Source: Octopus bimaculoides
Lineage: Eukaryota
Direction of reading: 5' to 3'
Assembly: GCF_001194135.2 (NCBI RefSeq)
Contig: NC_068987.1
Coordinates: 94,081,712-94,145,711, forward strand
Length of the DNA stretch: 64,000 bases
Below, one piece after another: positions 24,374 to 37,994 of the stretch (positions are counted from its first letter, which is position 1; each line of letters starts with the position of its first letter). The notes under the pieces are model-generated. The model was not told the origin of the DNA, did no database searches, and was given only the letters and a program-made list of their open reading frames with translations. The position numbers and the translations under genes are program-made.

Positions 24374-24864
24374 AAGGTAGTTGGCTGTGTAGCTTGGCAG
24401 GGAGGCAGGCATGACTTTCAAACATTCATACAATATTAGGCTTGGTGACACAAACAGGAAAAATAGAACTGAAAATATGATTATATATATTTTCTTTATT
24501 AATAATCTCCAAAAGTTACATAGTGACTCATGGTCGGAGAGTTTCGTGCATTGGCNNNNNNNNNNNNNNNNNNNNNNNNNNNNNNNNNNNNNNNNNNNNN
24601 NNNNNNNNNNNNNNNNNNNNNNNNNNNNNNNNNNNNNNNNNNNNNNNNNNNNNNNNNNNNNNNNNNNNNNNNNNNNNNNNNNNNNNNNNNNNNNNNNNNN
24701 NNNNNNNNNNNNNNNNNNNNNNNNNNNNNNNNNNNNNNNNNNNNNNNNNNNNNNNNNNNNNNNNNNNNNNNNNNNNNNNNNNNNNNNNNNNNNNNNNNNN
24801 NNNNNNNNNNNNNNNNNNNNNNNNNNNNNNNNNNNNNNNNNNNNNNNNNNNNNNNNNNNNNNNN

Positions 24865-25027
24865 TGAAGTATATTTGCCACTTAAATGTGGCTGACCCCG
24901 AGGGGACAGGACACAGGACACAGAAGTGTGTCGATAGACAGCTGGAGGAGATGTCCTCCTGGGGCTAAAAGCAACAGTAACATCCACCCCTCGAGGTCAG
25001 CCACATTTAAGTGGCAAATATACTTCA
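24865..25027. mobile_element. MITE-like element with 41-bp terminal inverted repeats
   Basis: 24865-24905 and 24987-25027 are reverse complements with one mismatch; 81-bp non-coding interior. The left end abuts an N-gap. Confidence 0.75.
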
Positions 25028-25075
25028 CTTTATCGTGCAGTTACTGTTAATACCTCGTTCAGAGATTTAACATTG

Positions 25076-25109
<34 letters not shown>

Positions 25110-25483
25110 TATATGGGTACAGGACGTCCCCAACTGTGTAAACAAGATGCAGTACGATAACAAACGAGTTAAATACGCAAACAACGAGAGAAAGCAATGT
25201 AAAACAAGACAAGTAACATAGAGAACGACCCTTCATCAGTTGTCGGCTGTCTCTCTCTATTGCTCATTTCGAGCATTCAATGACAATATGAGTCTTCGAA
25301 GACATTTGTTCCCATAAATCCAAAAATAAGATTTTGGATCAATGGAGGGTCAAAGTTGGGAACAAAAACAAGGCCTATACATAGTGATGGAATATACCAG
25401 TAGTGCCTACGGATACATTTATTCCTTAGATGGTTGCATAACCTCTAACCCAAAGTTTTTCTAAAGTAATTTATATATATATA

Positions 25484-25514
<31 letters not shown>

Positions 25515-25517
25515 GTG

Positions 25518-26483
25518 NNNNNNNNNNNNNNNNNNNNNNNNNNNNNNNNNNNNNNNNNNNNNNNNNNNNNNNNNNNNNNNNNNNNNNNNNNNNNNNNNNN
25601 NNNNNNNNNNNNNNNNNNNNNNNNNNNNNNNNNNNNNNNNNNNNNNNNNNNNNNNNNNNNNNNNNNNNNNNNNNNNNNNNNNNNNNNNNNNNNNNNNNNN
25701 NNNNNNNNNNNNNNNNNNNNNNNNNNNNNNNNNNNNNNNNNNNNNNNNNNNNNNNNNNNNNNNNNNNNNNNNNNNNNNNNNNNNNNNNNNNNNNNNNNNN
25801 NNNNNNNNNNNNNNNNNNNNNNNNNNNNNNNNNNNNNNNNNNNNNNNNNNNNNNNNNNNNNNNNNNNNNNNNNNNNNNNNNNNNNNNNNNNNNNNNNNNN
25901 NNNNNNNNNNNNNNNNNNNNNNNNNNNNNNNNNNNNNNNNNNNNNNNNNNNNNNNNNNNNNNNNNNNNNNNNNNNNNNNNNNNNNNNNNNNNNNNNNNNN
26001 NNNNNNNNNNNNNNNNNNNNNNNNNNNNNNNNNNNNNNNNNNNNNNNNNNNNNNNNNNNNNNNNNNNNNNNNNNNNNNNNNNNNNNNNNNNNNNNNNNNN
26101 NNNNNNNNNNNNNNNNNNNNNNNNNNNNNNNNNNNNNNNNNNNNNNNNNNNNNNNNNNNNNNNNNNNNNNNNNNNNNNNNNNNNNNNNNNNNNNNNNNNN
26201 NNNNNNNNNNNNNNNNNNNNNNNNNNNNNNNNNNNNNNNNNNNNNNNNNNNNNNNNNNNNNNNNNNNNNNNNNNNNNNNNNNNNNNNNNNNNNNNNNNNN
26301 NNNNNNNNNNNNNNNNNNNNNNNNNNNNNNNNNNNNNNNNNNNNNNNNNNNNNNNNNNNNNNNNNNNNNNNNNNNNNNNNNNNNNNNNNNNNNNNNNNNN
26401 NNNNNNNNNNNNNNNNNNNNNNNNNNNNNNNNNNNNNNNNNNNNNNNNNNNNNNNNNNNNNNNNNNNNNNNNNNNNNNNNNNN
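25518..26483. other. Largest assembly gap (others near 2974, 4951, 5950, 24556, 34141, 37947, 38480, 40598, 44071, 48072)
   Basis: N-runs, mostly flanked by microsatellites; ORFs spanning them are artefacts. Confidence 0.98.
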
Positions 26484-26877
26484 ATATATATTTATATATA
26501 TATGAAATTCAAAGAGTACAAGCTTTGTGAAGATATTAGGTAATTTTAAAATATGGTTGTTATTTCTAATTGGTGAAGTGACCTTACTGAAGGTAGTAAG
26601 GTGTAAAAGAAGAAGGTTTGTCTGTTATGTCTAGCAGGTTGACAATAGTTTATGAGTTGAGAGAGATTAGGCTCCTCTGTGTTGCACGTTCAGAGACACC
26701 CACTAGTTAACTAATGAGCTCATCGGTCATTAAAGGAAAATTTAGCCTCTTCTTCCTGTTTTTTACTATTACTGTTCAGTCATGCGGAAAATAGATTTGA
26801 TAATTACTAACATTGCCGTTTGAAAAACTAAATTGTCGATGTCAAAGTCGTTTTCATATTGCCTTCTTTTAATCAGG

Positions 26878-26912
<35 letters not shown>

Positions 26913-27238
26913 TGTGTGTGTGTGTCTGTGTCTGTGTCTGTGTGTGTGTACCTGTGTGCGATGGTGTACAAGTTTGTGATAGATGTATATACACGGTATG
27001 GTTCATTCTTTTGTTGTGCTGACTATTTCTTAGTACGTTACCTAAGGATCCTATAAACGACTTTGTACAGACTAATTACTTACTAAATGCCAGCTATATA
27101 AACAGCAATACATGTTTATTATTATTATTAACGTTATCATTATTCTGATGACTCATTTAGTCAGGGAACCTTCCATCTATGACACATAAATCTTTGTCAT
27201 ATTTGTGAAGTAACATTATTATTATTATTATTATTATT

Positions 27239-27285
<47 letters not shown>

Positions 27286-27415
27286 CTGGTTTGTTCATTT
27301 TGTTGTCTTCATCTTCGTATATCACAGATATCTCAAAGAACGATTTCACTACGTTTAAGTGATAAATACAAAAGCTATACGTATATATATATACATATAC
27401 ATATATATATGCGTG

Positions 27416-27462
<47 letters not shown>

Positions 27463-29493
27463 GTGTGTTCGTGCGTGCGTGCTTATGTCTGTGAACAGAT
27501 CGTAGATTGTACAACGAAATGCTGACACCAGGTAAAAAGTGATTTAGGGCTTCATTGGCGTTCGAACAACTTTCTCCTCTGTGGAAATCTCATCACGCAT
27601 TTAACTTATTTAAATAGAAGCAACTGTAAAAAGCTCAAATGAACGCCTATAACATGAAGTGCAGGGCATGTGTATAATGCATATGAATAGTTCTGACTTT
27701 GATCGTTGCCAAAAGAACGAAAAAAGTTAAATAAAAATAAGTGTCTCCATTATTTTGCCTAACCCCTGTATATATAATACATTACTAACAAAAGGGTTCC
27801 AGCTATGATTTAACCTTTACCCTGGGGGGGGGGGGTTCTTCTTGGTATACAACACAAGGATCGGCGTGATTGTTTACATTCACTGAGTATATTTCTACAA
27901 AAACTGATGGCAACTTTATACATTAGACTAGAGATGACAATGGCAGTAGGAAGACTAATGTTTCAATGTAATGTTAGAAAGAGGAGAAAAGTATTTTTCA
28001 GACATGAAAACAGTTATTAAAGGAATGATTAAAACAATATGAAAATGAAAGAGAAAGACGTGCAAGGCCAAATAACTCCAGAACAACTTTCCAAATCGCA
28101 AAAATGTGTAACGATGAAACCATTAGCAACAAATCAGAAACAAAAACTTATGTTTTGCTCTCCTAGTTATGAGACGTCACCAGGAAAATGTAGGTGGACG
28201 TTTATCGAGAAGAAGTATGAAGAGAGTTTAAAAACGAAATGTTCTTCTCCTTTGACTTACACAACGGCGTCTAACATATTTTGCGTTCGAACTGGCCGGA
28301 ATATTTTAAAAGTATGTAAATCATGGCTATTATTATCATTATTATTGTTGTTGTTAATATTAATGGTTGTAAAGAGCAGAAAAAAACAAAATATTCTAAG
28401 GTACTTAGTTGCGTCATTTTATGTTCTTAGTTCAGATCCCGACAAGAATGACTTTACTTTGCATTAATTGAGGGTCTGTAAAACGAGTTTTGGTGACGGC
28501 ATCAGACAGAAAACGAAAGCAAATAATTGAAAGAAAGAATAGATATCAAAAAACGTTTTTTTTCAAGTCAACTTTGATAAAGATCGATCCTGTCTAAAGA
28601 GAGACAGCGAGACAACACCTGAATCAATGATAAACGGTTTGCTTCTATTTAGGATAACAAGATAACCAGATCTTCATTTAACACATATACTTGTATATCA
28701 TATACAAATCTACATTTTTGCACGAGGGTCCAACTGACCAGGACCTAAAATATATCAACAATCAACGGTGTATAATGGGAAAATATTTCAATATCAATAA
28801 CCGACTGACTTTAAAACGTGTCTCCAGGTGGTGCTATTAAGGTTCATTCGGCCTGGGCCAATCTTTGGCCGAAACATATCTAAGTTATTTATCCACAAAT
28901 ATTAAATCCACTGATATTACAGGTCAACTCACTCTTCGAAGACCTGTGTTTCCTCATGTGTATTTGTGTATGTACATCAGAATGTGTATTGGTATATCTA
29001 CCAGCTTCTGTGTGTTAATATATGTCTGTGTGTGTGTATCCATACACAAATCTGAACGCAGATGGGGAAGGTGTAGTTATTTTATACAGAAGCAGCGTGT
29101 GTAATATTTACTCAATCCAAGACAAATCTGGGCGGTTATAAATGAAGAAACATTTGAATTGAATCAGATTCAAACGAGAGAGCGAGTATAATATCTATTT
29201 AGACACTGAATCACTTCATAGGTTAACATTTGTTGAAGCTTTATAGAATGGAATACTTTATACAATTGCCTGTATAGACATAATTAAACGTCAGAGCAAA
29301 CAGCATTCAAAATACGATCCTAATTTTTTTATACGGGTTAGAAACTAATTGTTTCGAAACACCATGAAGAGAGAGAGAGAGAGAGAAAAACGACCAGCTG
29401 CTGTTGAAAATGTAAGTCAAAACTTTCTATTTCATGCTCCACTGAATATACATCATATTATATACATACATGCATACACACACATATGGATAG

Positions 29494-29580
<87 letters not shown>

Positions 29581-29789
29581 TATACACACCTACACACACA
29601 TCACCAGTAAAATAATTATTCTGGTTTTGACCTGTTATTCTATGCGTTGGTTATTATCAAATTAATTTTCACAACATACCATTATAGACCTTGGCGTTCT
29701 CCTTAAGGATTCTGATATCAAAAATATGCTCCCTCTTTGCTCCCGCTTTTCGAAACCCTATCTGTACTTCCACTTCCTATTCATCCCTA

Positions 29790-29935
29790 TTTATGGCCAA
29801 GTTATATGAAGGCCCAGAACCTCTCTGCCGACATATTCGAATGTTGAATGAGTGGAAAATGGTCTTTCTTAATGATGAAAATGCCGAAGATGGGAAATGG
29901 TATCAAGAACTGGCCAGGAAAGACCCGCGAGCAAT
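29790..29935 (+). mobile_element. Tc1/mariner (Tc3-like) transposase fragment
   Basis: EWKMVFLNDENAEDGKWYQELARKDPR resembles the Tc3 segment W-KV-FSDEKKFNLDGPDG--YYW-DLRKEP around the first catalytic Asp. Confidence 0.5.
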
Positions 29936-29971
29936 GTAAGGATGCAGCGTGTGTGTGTGAGTGTGTGTGTG

Positions 29972-30002
<31 letters not shown>

Positions 30003-30569
30003 CGATGTGCTGTGGTTTTGTCAATGGCTTTTCACCCTAAACCATCAATGCATATTATTTTTTCATTCATTCATTCATCCATTTAACAGATGTTTTCCAG
30101 TTTCTAGAGTTTATCGTAAAATTGTATTCTCCCCCCACGAGGCGACGCCACACAAGAATAATAAACAGATCAACAAGGAACGTTTAAGTTAGCCACTAAG
30201 GTTGTGAACCTCACGAAACATGGAGCTAGATGGAGCTAGATGATCTGCCATCTTGACTTGACGATTAATCTTTAGAAGCTTACACGATTACATGAAACTC
30301 CCTTACATATTTTCAAATGCCCTTAATACCCGCCTCCACCTTTCTCTTCTAAATATGTGTGCTTAAGTAATGATATTATTTAAAATATTCAAACTTTCAT
30401 CCGATGAATAACCTCATCGGACCGAAGGGCGCATGCATTTCTGTTTCATTGCATGTCGTAAGCTACAGATAGTGGGTCGTAATTCATAACTCTGTCGTAT
30501 GGTCCGATGACTCCGTTCGTTGACGAATGACATCTTTTCTATATATATTATCAATAAGGAGATGTTTTG

Positions 30570-30673
<104 letters not shown>

Positions 30674-30884
30674 TCTGCAGCGTATGTCTTTTCACATCCT
30701 GGTGTATACGAACATATTTAACATGATTGTACACACCCACCCAAAACACACTTGTACACACGCAAACAAACTCATGCACACAAACACGTAAACACACATA
30801 AAAACAAATACACACACTCTCATATGCACAAACACACACGTACACACATTTAAGTAGCCGAGGCATTACAGGCATACTTTTTGT

Positions 30885-32030
30885 CCTCTTATACGAACTG
30901 GAAAAAATGCAGTGACCAAAACATAGCCCTTTACGCTGCTCCCATCGACCTGACAAAGGCGTTTGATCTATATAGGGATTGATTGGGGAGAATCTTGAGT
31001 TGGCTTGGTTGTCCACCTAAGTTCCTCTTTGTTCTCCACCAGCGGAGACAGGTCAAGTACAATGACGATTTGTTGGGAGTCCCTCATCATTGAGAACGTC
31101 GTGAAAACTTCTGTTTCCTGATCTCGACGCTCTGCAGCATATTGCTGTGGAAAGCCAAAATGATTCACAACATCATCTAAATACGTTTCCACACTAATAG
31201 GAACGTATTCCATTAACTCCGATTCATTGTTTCCTCAAGGAATCCGGAGAAGCTCATCATTTACCTAATGCTTGCAGATGACTTCACCCTTCTAGCTCAC
31301 ACAGAGGTGGCCCTCAATACAGGCGTGCCTACCTTTACAAAAGCAGCCAAGGCTATTGGTCTTACGATCACTCTGGGAAAAATTGCCTTATACCGCATTC
31401 TGATTATCGCAAATCAGCATCGAAGAACAGCCACTAAACACAAACACTTCACGTATTTGGGGAGCGACAGTTCAGATGACGCAGCCTGTGAAAAGGACGC
31501 TGACAACCGAGTTACGAAAACCAGAGCTTTCATTGAACTTCTGCATAAACGAGTATGGCAGAAACGTGCACTGAATCTGTCGATCGGGATCAAAGTCTGT
31601 AAATGAATTGTTCTCAGTGCTCGCCTCAGTGGGTCAGAGGCTTGAATGCTGAACAGGAAATATGTTAAGCCACTGGACACTTCCAGCAAAGATGCTTTCG
31701 TTCTACCACGGACACCTCATCGAAGGAACACATCACCAACAACGAAGTCCTCTAGCAGGTTAACGTCCTGAGGATTGCAATCATGATGGTACTCATATAG
31801 CTCAAATGGAGGGCCACGTCTCATGCATAGACTAATCCAGAATGCTGAAGGCTACAACGTGCAGCGAGCTCAGTCCGGGCAAGAGAGACGAAGAAATACC
31901 GAAAGTGTTTCAAAGACCAGCTGAAACGCCAGCTCGCATAGGCAGGGATGGCACCACTAGGTAGGAGGGAGTCGTAGCACAGAAGGAATTGTGCCGAGAC
32001 TGCATCCTAAAAACTGTAAATCGTCCGATG
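30885..32030 (+). mobile_element. Decayed RTE-clade (BovB-like) LINE, RT to C-terminus
   Basis: EKCSDQNIALYAAPIDLTKAFD, LGCPPKFL, MLADDFTLLAHTE, GLTITLGK, FTYLGS, RVWQKRALNL, ITNNEVL; many stops and frameshifts. Confidence 0.9.
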
Positions 32031-32372
32031 AACGTTAGGTAGGCTGGAACTTCGAGGTCACTGTGAAAACTATTATTGTTAAATAATACTCAAAATGTAC
32101 TCAACAAAATGTGTTGAGTACTCCTTCAATTTAATGTAAATGTTTTTTTATTATTATAACTCGATACGACTACAAATATTTATGTGTGTGTGTGGTGTGG
32201 GTGGGGGTCCATATAAACGTGTATAATATGCCATCGTGAGCTTGGGCTTTCCGAACGGGTGAAAGAAGCATGAATTAATAGTGTTTATTAATTTATGTAT
32301 ATCTGAAACATCCTTCCGTCTTTACTCTGAATTCCAAGTTTACTCGTAATATTAACACACACACACACACAC

Positions 32373-32444
<72 letters not shown>

Positions 32445-33597
32445 ACGTACTTGTTCCCGTTATATGTTAACTGATTAAATAACCAATCCAGCCATATTTT
32501 TTTTGTAAATAAAAATATTTTCTCATTATTTTTCAACAACATACTTGAATGAATTAATCAAACTTAATTAACTGCCGTGTTAAGCTATAAGGGATCTCAA
32601 CTAAATTGTAATTACTTTTACATCGCATACTAATAATTAAAAACATTCCGTTTCTCTCTAGATGAATATGCGTAAATGCGAATTGGTGTGTTTAAGTGAG
32701 TGTGAGGGAGTCTTATACATTACAAAACTGATACAAATAACACACACACACACACACACACACATACATACATACAAATGTGCACTTATTAATTGAATGG
32801 GGGCACCAACAACACATGTTTAAGAATATCTATGTAAACAGACTTACACTCTTGTGTTTACTAAACACTCGTGGCTTCGTTGTAAAACTACAGGCCGTAG
32901 TAAAACCATAAACCCCTCAGCAAACAAGGGATCAACTGGTTTTGATTTTCATTTAACACCTCGTCAGGAGTGTCTTTCTTTCCCTTACACATCGTACAAT
33001 TCCACTTCCTAGTAAAAAATAAAGAAGATCAGAGGAGACCTGGCCAGCTTTCCATGCTAAGGCAATGTCGGCTGTGAATTCATTTACCATTGTCCTGAAG
33101 AAGACTTTATTCTATTTCTTTTTATACCATTTAAGCGAAGCAAGGATAGCAAGGATCTTTCAGCCGTTCCTGGCGGTCCTAAATCTCGGCGTTGATGCTT
33201 ATAACCGAGTGAACTTGGAAAGTAGTTGATCTACACTGGTGAATGGTGAAGAGGTTTGCTCTGCTTTGATGTAGTTTTAAGTTCGATCTCAGTGTGTGAT
33301 GTCTTTGGTAAGTGTCTTCGATTAAAACCTCACCTAAAACTTTGTAAGAGGAATTTGGTAAAATCAATTATACATACATAGATGAAAATAGGTATGGTCA
33401 TATATATATATAAATATACATCTTTTCGCTGCTTTCTCGTATACGAGCAAAGCTATTGCTAGAAAGAATCACTAAAATGACTCAATGTTTATCAGGAATT
33501 AGGATGGACAAAGATTCCATAATTGCAGGAGGTGGTGTTCCCCATCATATTCGAAGGGCAACTTAGTAAGGGGGAGGGTGAAAAGATGGTCAACGAG

Positions 33598-33616
33598 ATC
33601 GTATCATCATCATCAA

Positions 33617-33655
<39 letters not shown>

Positions 33656-33850
33656 TACTATCATCGTCTATATCCTCCTAATGCTTTTGCTTATCTTCTG
33701 TTTTGTAATCATTGTTTTCCTTGGTTTCCTCCCCCTCCTCCTCCTCTACCTCATCATCATCATCATCATCATAATCGTCACCATTTTCATGAAGCTCATT
33801 ACCATCATCATCATCGTCGTCATCATCATCATCATCATCACCATCGACCA
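33598..33850. repeat. (CAT)n-rich low-complexity tract
   Basis: Read directly; source of the poly-His ORF. Confidence 0.9.
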
Positions 33851-35184
33851 CACTCATTCGAGAATTAATTTAATCTACTTGATATGATTATCTTTTCTTT
33901 CTTTTTTTTTCTTTTTGTTGTCTTGTTTCCCTGAGTGAAAAAAAAAAGTCATTTTAGTCGTCTTTATTCTTTTCTAGTCATCATCCTCCTTCTCTCACCC
34001 ATCTCCCCCACTTACTCCCTCATTCTTACTCGCTCCCTCTCTCCCTCTCACTCTTTCCCTCCCCTTCTTTCTCTGGTTTCCTTCAATTATAAAATGTCAC
34101 TTTTTAGTTTTAACCATGTTTTTTTTTTTTTTTTTTTTTTNNNNNNNNNNNNNNNNNNNNNNNNNNNNNNNNNNNNNNNNNNNNNNNNNNNNNNNNNNNN
34201 NNNNNNNNNNNNNNNNNNNNNNNNNNNNNNNNNNNNNNNNNNNNNNNNNNNNNNNNNNNNNNNNNNNNNNNNNNNNNNNNNNNNNNNNNNNNNNNNNNNN
34301 NNNNNNNNNNNNNNNNNNNNNNNNNNNNNNNNNNNNNNNNNNNNNNNNNNNNNNNNNNNNNNNNNNNNNNNNNNNNNNNNNNNNNNNNNNNNNNNNNNNN
34401 NNNNNNNNNNNNNNNNNNNNNNNNNNNNNNNNNNNNNNNNNNNNNNNNNNNNNNNNNNNNNNNNNNNNNNNNNNNNNNNNNNNNNNNNNNNNNNNNNNNN
34501 NNNNNNNNNNNNNNNNNNNNNNNNNNNNNNNNNNNNNNNNNNNNNNNNNNNNNNNNNNNNNNNNNNNNNNNNNNNNNNNNNNNNNNNNNNNNNNNNNNNN
34601 NNNNNNNNNNNNNNNNNNNNNNNNNNNNNNNNNNNNNNNNNNNNNNNNNNNNNNNNNNNNNNNNNNNNNNNNNNNNNNNNNNNNNNNNNNNNNNNNNNNN
34701 NNNNNNNNNNNNNNNNNNNNNNNNNNNNNNNNNNNNNNNNNNNNNNNNNNNNNNNNNNTGGTGGTGATTTTGGTTGTGCTGATGGAAGTAGTTTGGTGTT
34801 CTTGGGGGATAAGGATGAGAACGGAAAAGGCCATACTGTTTAGAAGCTCTTTTCGCAACCACCTGGTGTTGAGTTCGATGTCAATACGTGCCCAAGAATT
34901 TTGGTGTGTAATTAGGTTGACGAATAATGTGCAGAATCGCAACTTGTGTTTGGTTCTGTTGCAAGCCTTGGTTCAGGCAATATTCCTGGTCACAATACCG
35001 TTTCTCTCTCTCTCCCTTTTTATCCTAACAGAGATTCATTAAGATAACATTAATGTTGTCATTCTTTCTCTGCTTACTTTGAGAACTGAAATGAAATATG
35101 GTTCAGCCGAAGATTGGTCCACGCTATATCAAATTTAATGGCACTGCCTGATAGGATCTATTGACTCATTTTTAAAGATAAGTC

Positions 35185-35500
35185 TCGTGTTATCATGGCC
35201 CATTCAAGTAGGAAGTTGCAGTTGACTGAGATGTCTCCAGGTATGGGTGGTTTATCTGGTATTCCTTCAAGAAATTTGTCCAGGCTTCGTTTGAAGGTGA
35301 TGAGATCTTTTCCTCCTTTGATTTGTTTCAGGACAATGCTAAATAGAACAAAGCTTGTTGAAGAAAAGAAATTGTGTTGCAGTGTGGTGAGCCTTCAATG
35401 CATTTTGAAACTAACGTTAAGATCGTTTGGGTAACGCTAGTGCTATTTTCCCTCCACATTTTGCAAATGCTGTAGCTCTCACAGTGGTGCTGGAGAGAAT
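35185..35500 (-). mobile_element. CR1-type LINE ORF2 C-terminal fragment
   Basis: LQHNFFSS..FKRSLDKFLEGIPDKPPIPG..NFLLEWA matches the CR1-like C-terminal LDKFL--IPD-P--PG motif. Confidence 0.8.
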
Positions 35501-36284
35501 GAATATCTAATGTTTTAAGGTGTTCCCACTAATCAAAATCAGACACACCTTTCATTTTTTAAGCCATTAGAAATAAGAAACAGTCTCTCTCGTAAATGTA
35601 TTTCCTCCTTTAGCCCCACGATCATTTCTGTGCGTGCTGTATTTTCATTATTATTATTATTATTATTGCTGTTGTTGTTGTTGTTGTTGTTGTAAATATG
35701 TGTCATGTATTCAATAGAAAAAGGTTATTAATATCAGATACTTTTCATGCTATGACCATGCCGTTCCATTTTTTCTTTTTCTTTCTTTTTTCTTATTTGT
35801 TTTGTACGTTTTGTATGTAGGACAGTATTATACAATGTGTACCTGTCCTTAGAAGTTGTTAAAGTGTAATTTGAGAGTGATTTGGTTGCTATTTCAAGCC
35901 TATGAAACGATTACATAACTGCTTCCTCTCTCACTCTAATCTACAAAGGTATGTTGCTGTGCTGCTAGAGTTAGACTGAGTTTCTAGGTTACTAGACAAC
36001 TCTCCTTGGCCACCTCAGAAGAAAACCAAACTGTACAGTGCAAGTTAAAAACACTTCATTTAAGAATGTTCAAACCAGAATGGAGTTGTCGCACTTTTTA
36101 ATTTCCTTTTTTGTCACTTGGTGGATGGACGGGATGGGAATTAACTGCGGATTGTATGTGTTATAGGCACACATCTTAATCTTCAATCGGTCAAGGAGCT
36201 TATCTAATTTATAAGCCACCAAAAGTACAATAGCGTCTTTAAGATACAGCTTCACCCCAGCTTTTGTTGATATCCCTTATGGCC

Positions 36285-36425
36285 GAGTGGTTTGGAGCAA
36301 TATCAAATGAAGTGCTTTGCACAAGAACACAACATGCCACCCGGTCTGAGAATCGAAACAACGATCTTACGATCATCACACAAGTTAATCTCTACACCAT
36401 GATCAAACCACCACACCATGCGCTT
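36285..36425 (-). mobile_element. tRNA-derived SINE head, related to 17211
   Basis: Reverse strand reads gtttcgattctcagaccgggtggcatgttgtgttcttgtgcaaagcacttcatttgatattgctcca. Confidence 0.7.
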
Positions 36426-37125
36426 TGACTCGTTAAGCTGCCATACATTAAGTCTAAGTGTCGTAAATGCACGAATGCACCTTCAGCCTCGTTCTGATTT
36501 CATGTCTTACAATAATATTCCAGTTGATCTTTGTCAATAACTTTAGGTTGTCCGGTACCAAATCTCCAACGGCTTAGTGACAGGGATCCATGATCTATGA
36601 ATTTATACGTAGTCCCCAATTGCTCAATAAAACACATTAAAAACTAAGGATGCTTTTTAACAAGGATATTATTTGTAATCATAGGGACTTATTTAGCGGT
36701 CGCAAACAGCGTTATTTATTACAATTAACAACACCTGACATTACTATCAAGTGTAACTCTGTCGGAAAATACCTCCGGTCAACTTGTCATTTCCCCCACT
36801 TATTGCTCTAGTCATCTAATTGAAGAAACGTTCACACGCGTGGAACTCCAAAAAGGACGCAAAAATGTGAACCTAAAGACTTAACACACATTTTTCCTTT
36901 TTTCCCTTTTATTTTTTCCTTCTCCTTTTTCTCCTATCTGTATTCCTCCGGTAAACTCTAAATCATTCTGAGAATGATTGTTAAATGGAATGGCATAAAT
37001 GCAAATTTACTTCGAAAATTACAAACTGACACAGCTATAAATGTTTTTTAACTACAATTAATCTATGACTTTTAATACCAAAGATCAACATCTAATTGTT
37101 AATTGTTGCTCCATTTCTTTACTTA

Positions 37126-37126
37126 C

Positions 37127-37216
<90 letters not shown>

Positions 37217-37225
37217 ATATATGTG

Positions 37226-37276
<51 letters not shown>

Positions 37277-37472
37277 GGATATATATATATATATGTATAT
37301 ATATATATGTGTATATATGTGTATATATGAATATGTATATGTATATATATATGTATGTATATATATGTATATATATATATATGTATATGCATATGTATAC
37401 ATATATAAATATATATGTGTATATATACATTAATATATATATATATATATGCATATATATATATATGTACAT
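37126..37472. repeat. Long compound (TA)n/(TG)n microsatellite
   Basis: Read directly. Confidence 0.95.
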
Positions 37473-37899
37473 ATATTACTTAAGTGATGACAAATGGACA
37501 GGAGTTAGGCGGTCCCCTACATCAGCGTACAGCTGTTGTTTCTGCTAATGAGAAGCAATATACACAGAGCTGAGTGCTTATGCACTGTAGCTTTGTACTC
37601 GGCCGACTGAGTTCTAACACCAGGGCATTAGTATCAATATGCCTGAGAGAAATCAGAAAATACACACACACACACACACATGTATGTATGTGCATGTGCG
37701 TGTATGCATATATATATACATATACGTGTATATCAGCCATTGAGCTAGCCAAGCCTCCTCCCCAAATCATAAGGTTTTTAAAAAATGAAAGAATGCATCA
37801 AATACTAAAAAAACCCGACGACCGTAAAAACGTGTTTAATCAAAGATGACGTAAGGTTGAATTACATCAACATTACAAGCACACAGACAGGCGGACAGA

Positions 37900-37945
<46 letters not shown>

Positions 37946-37955
37946 NNNNNNNNNN

Positions 37956-37994
<39 letters not shown>

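Noticed and set aside
25150-25245. CUGAUGA-AGGG on the minus strand in a Penelope-like repeat
   Set aside because: No downstream stem II partner or GAAA, so not a hammerhead.
28039-28467. 142-aa ORF, the longest non-repeat ORF
   Set aside because: No recognisable domain, includes a (TTA/TTG)n-derived Leu run, and lacks convincing splice or promoter context.
36500-36610. Mariner-like GQPKVIDKDQL on the minus strand
   Set aside because: A single short motif with no supporting flanks.
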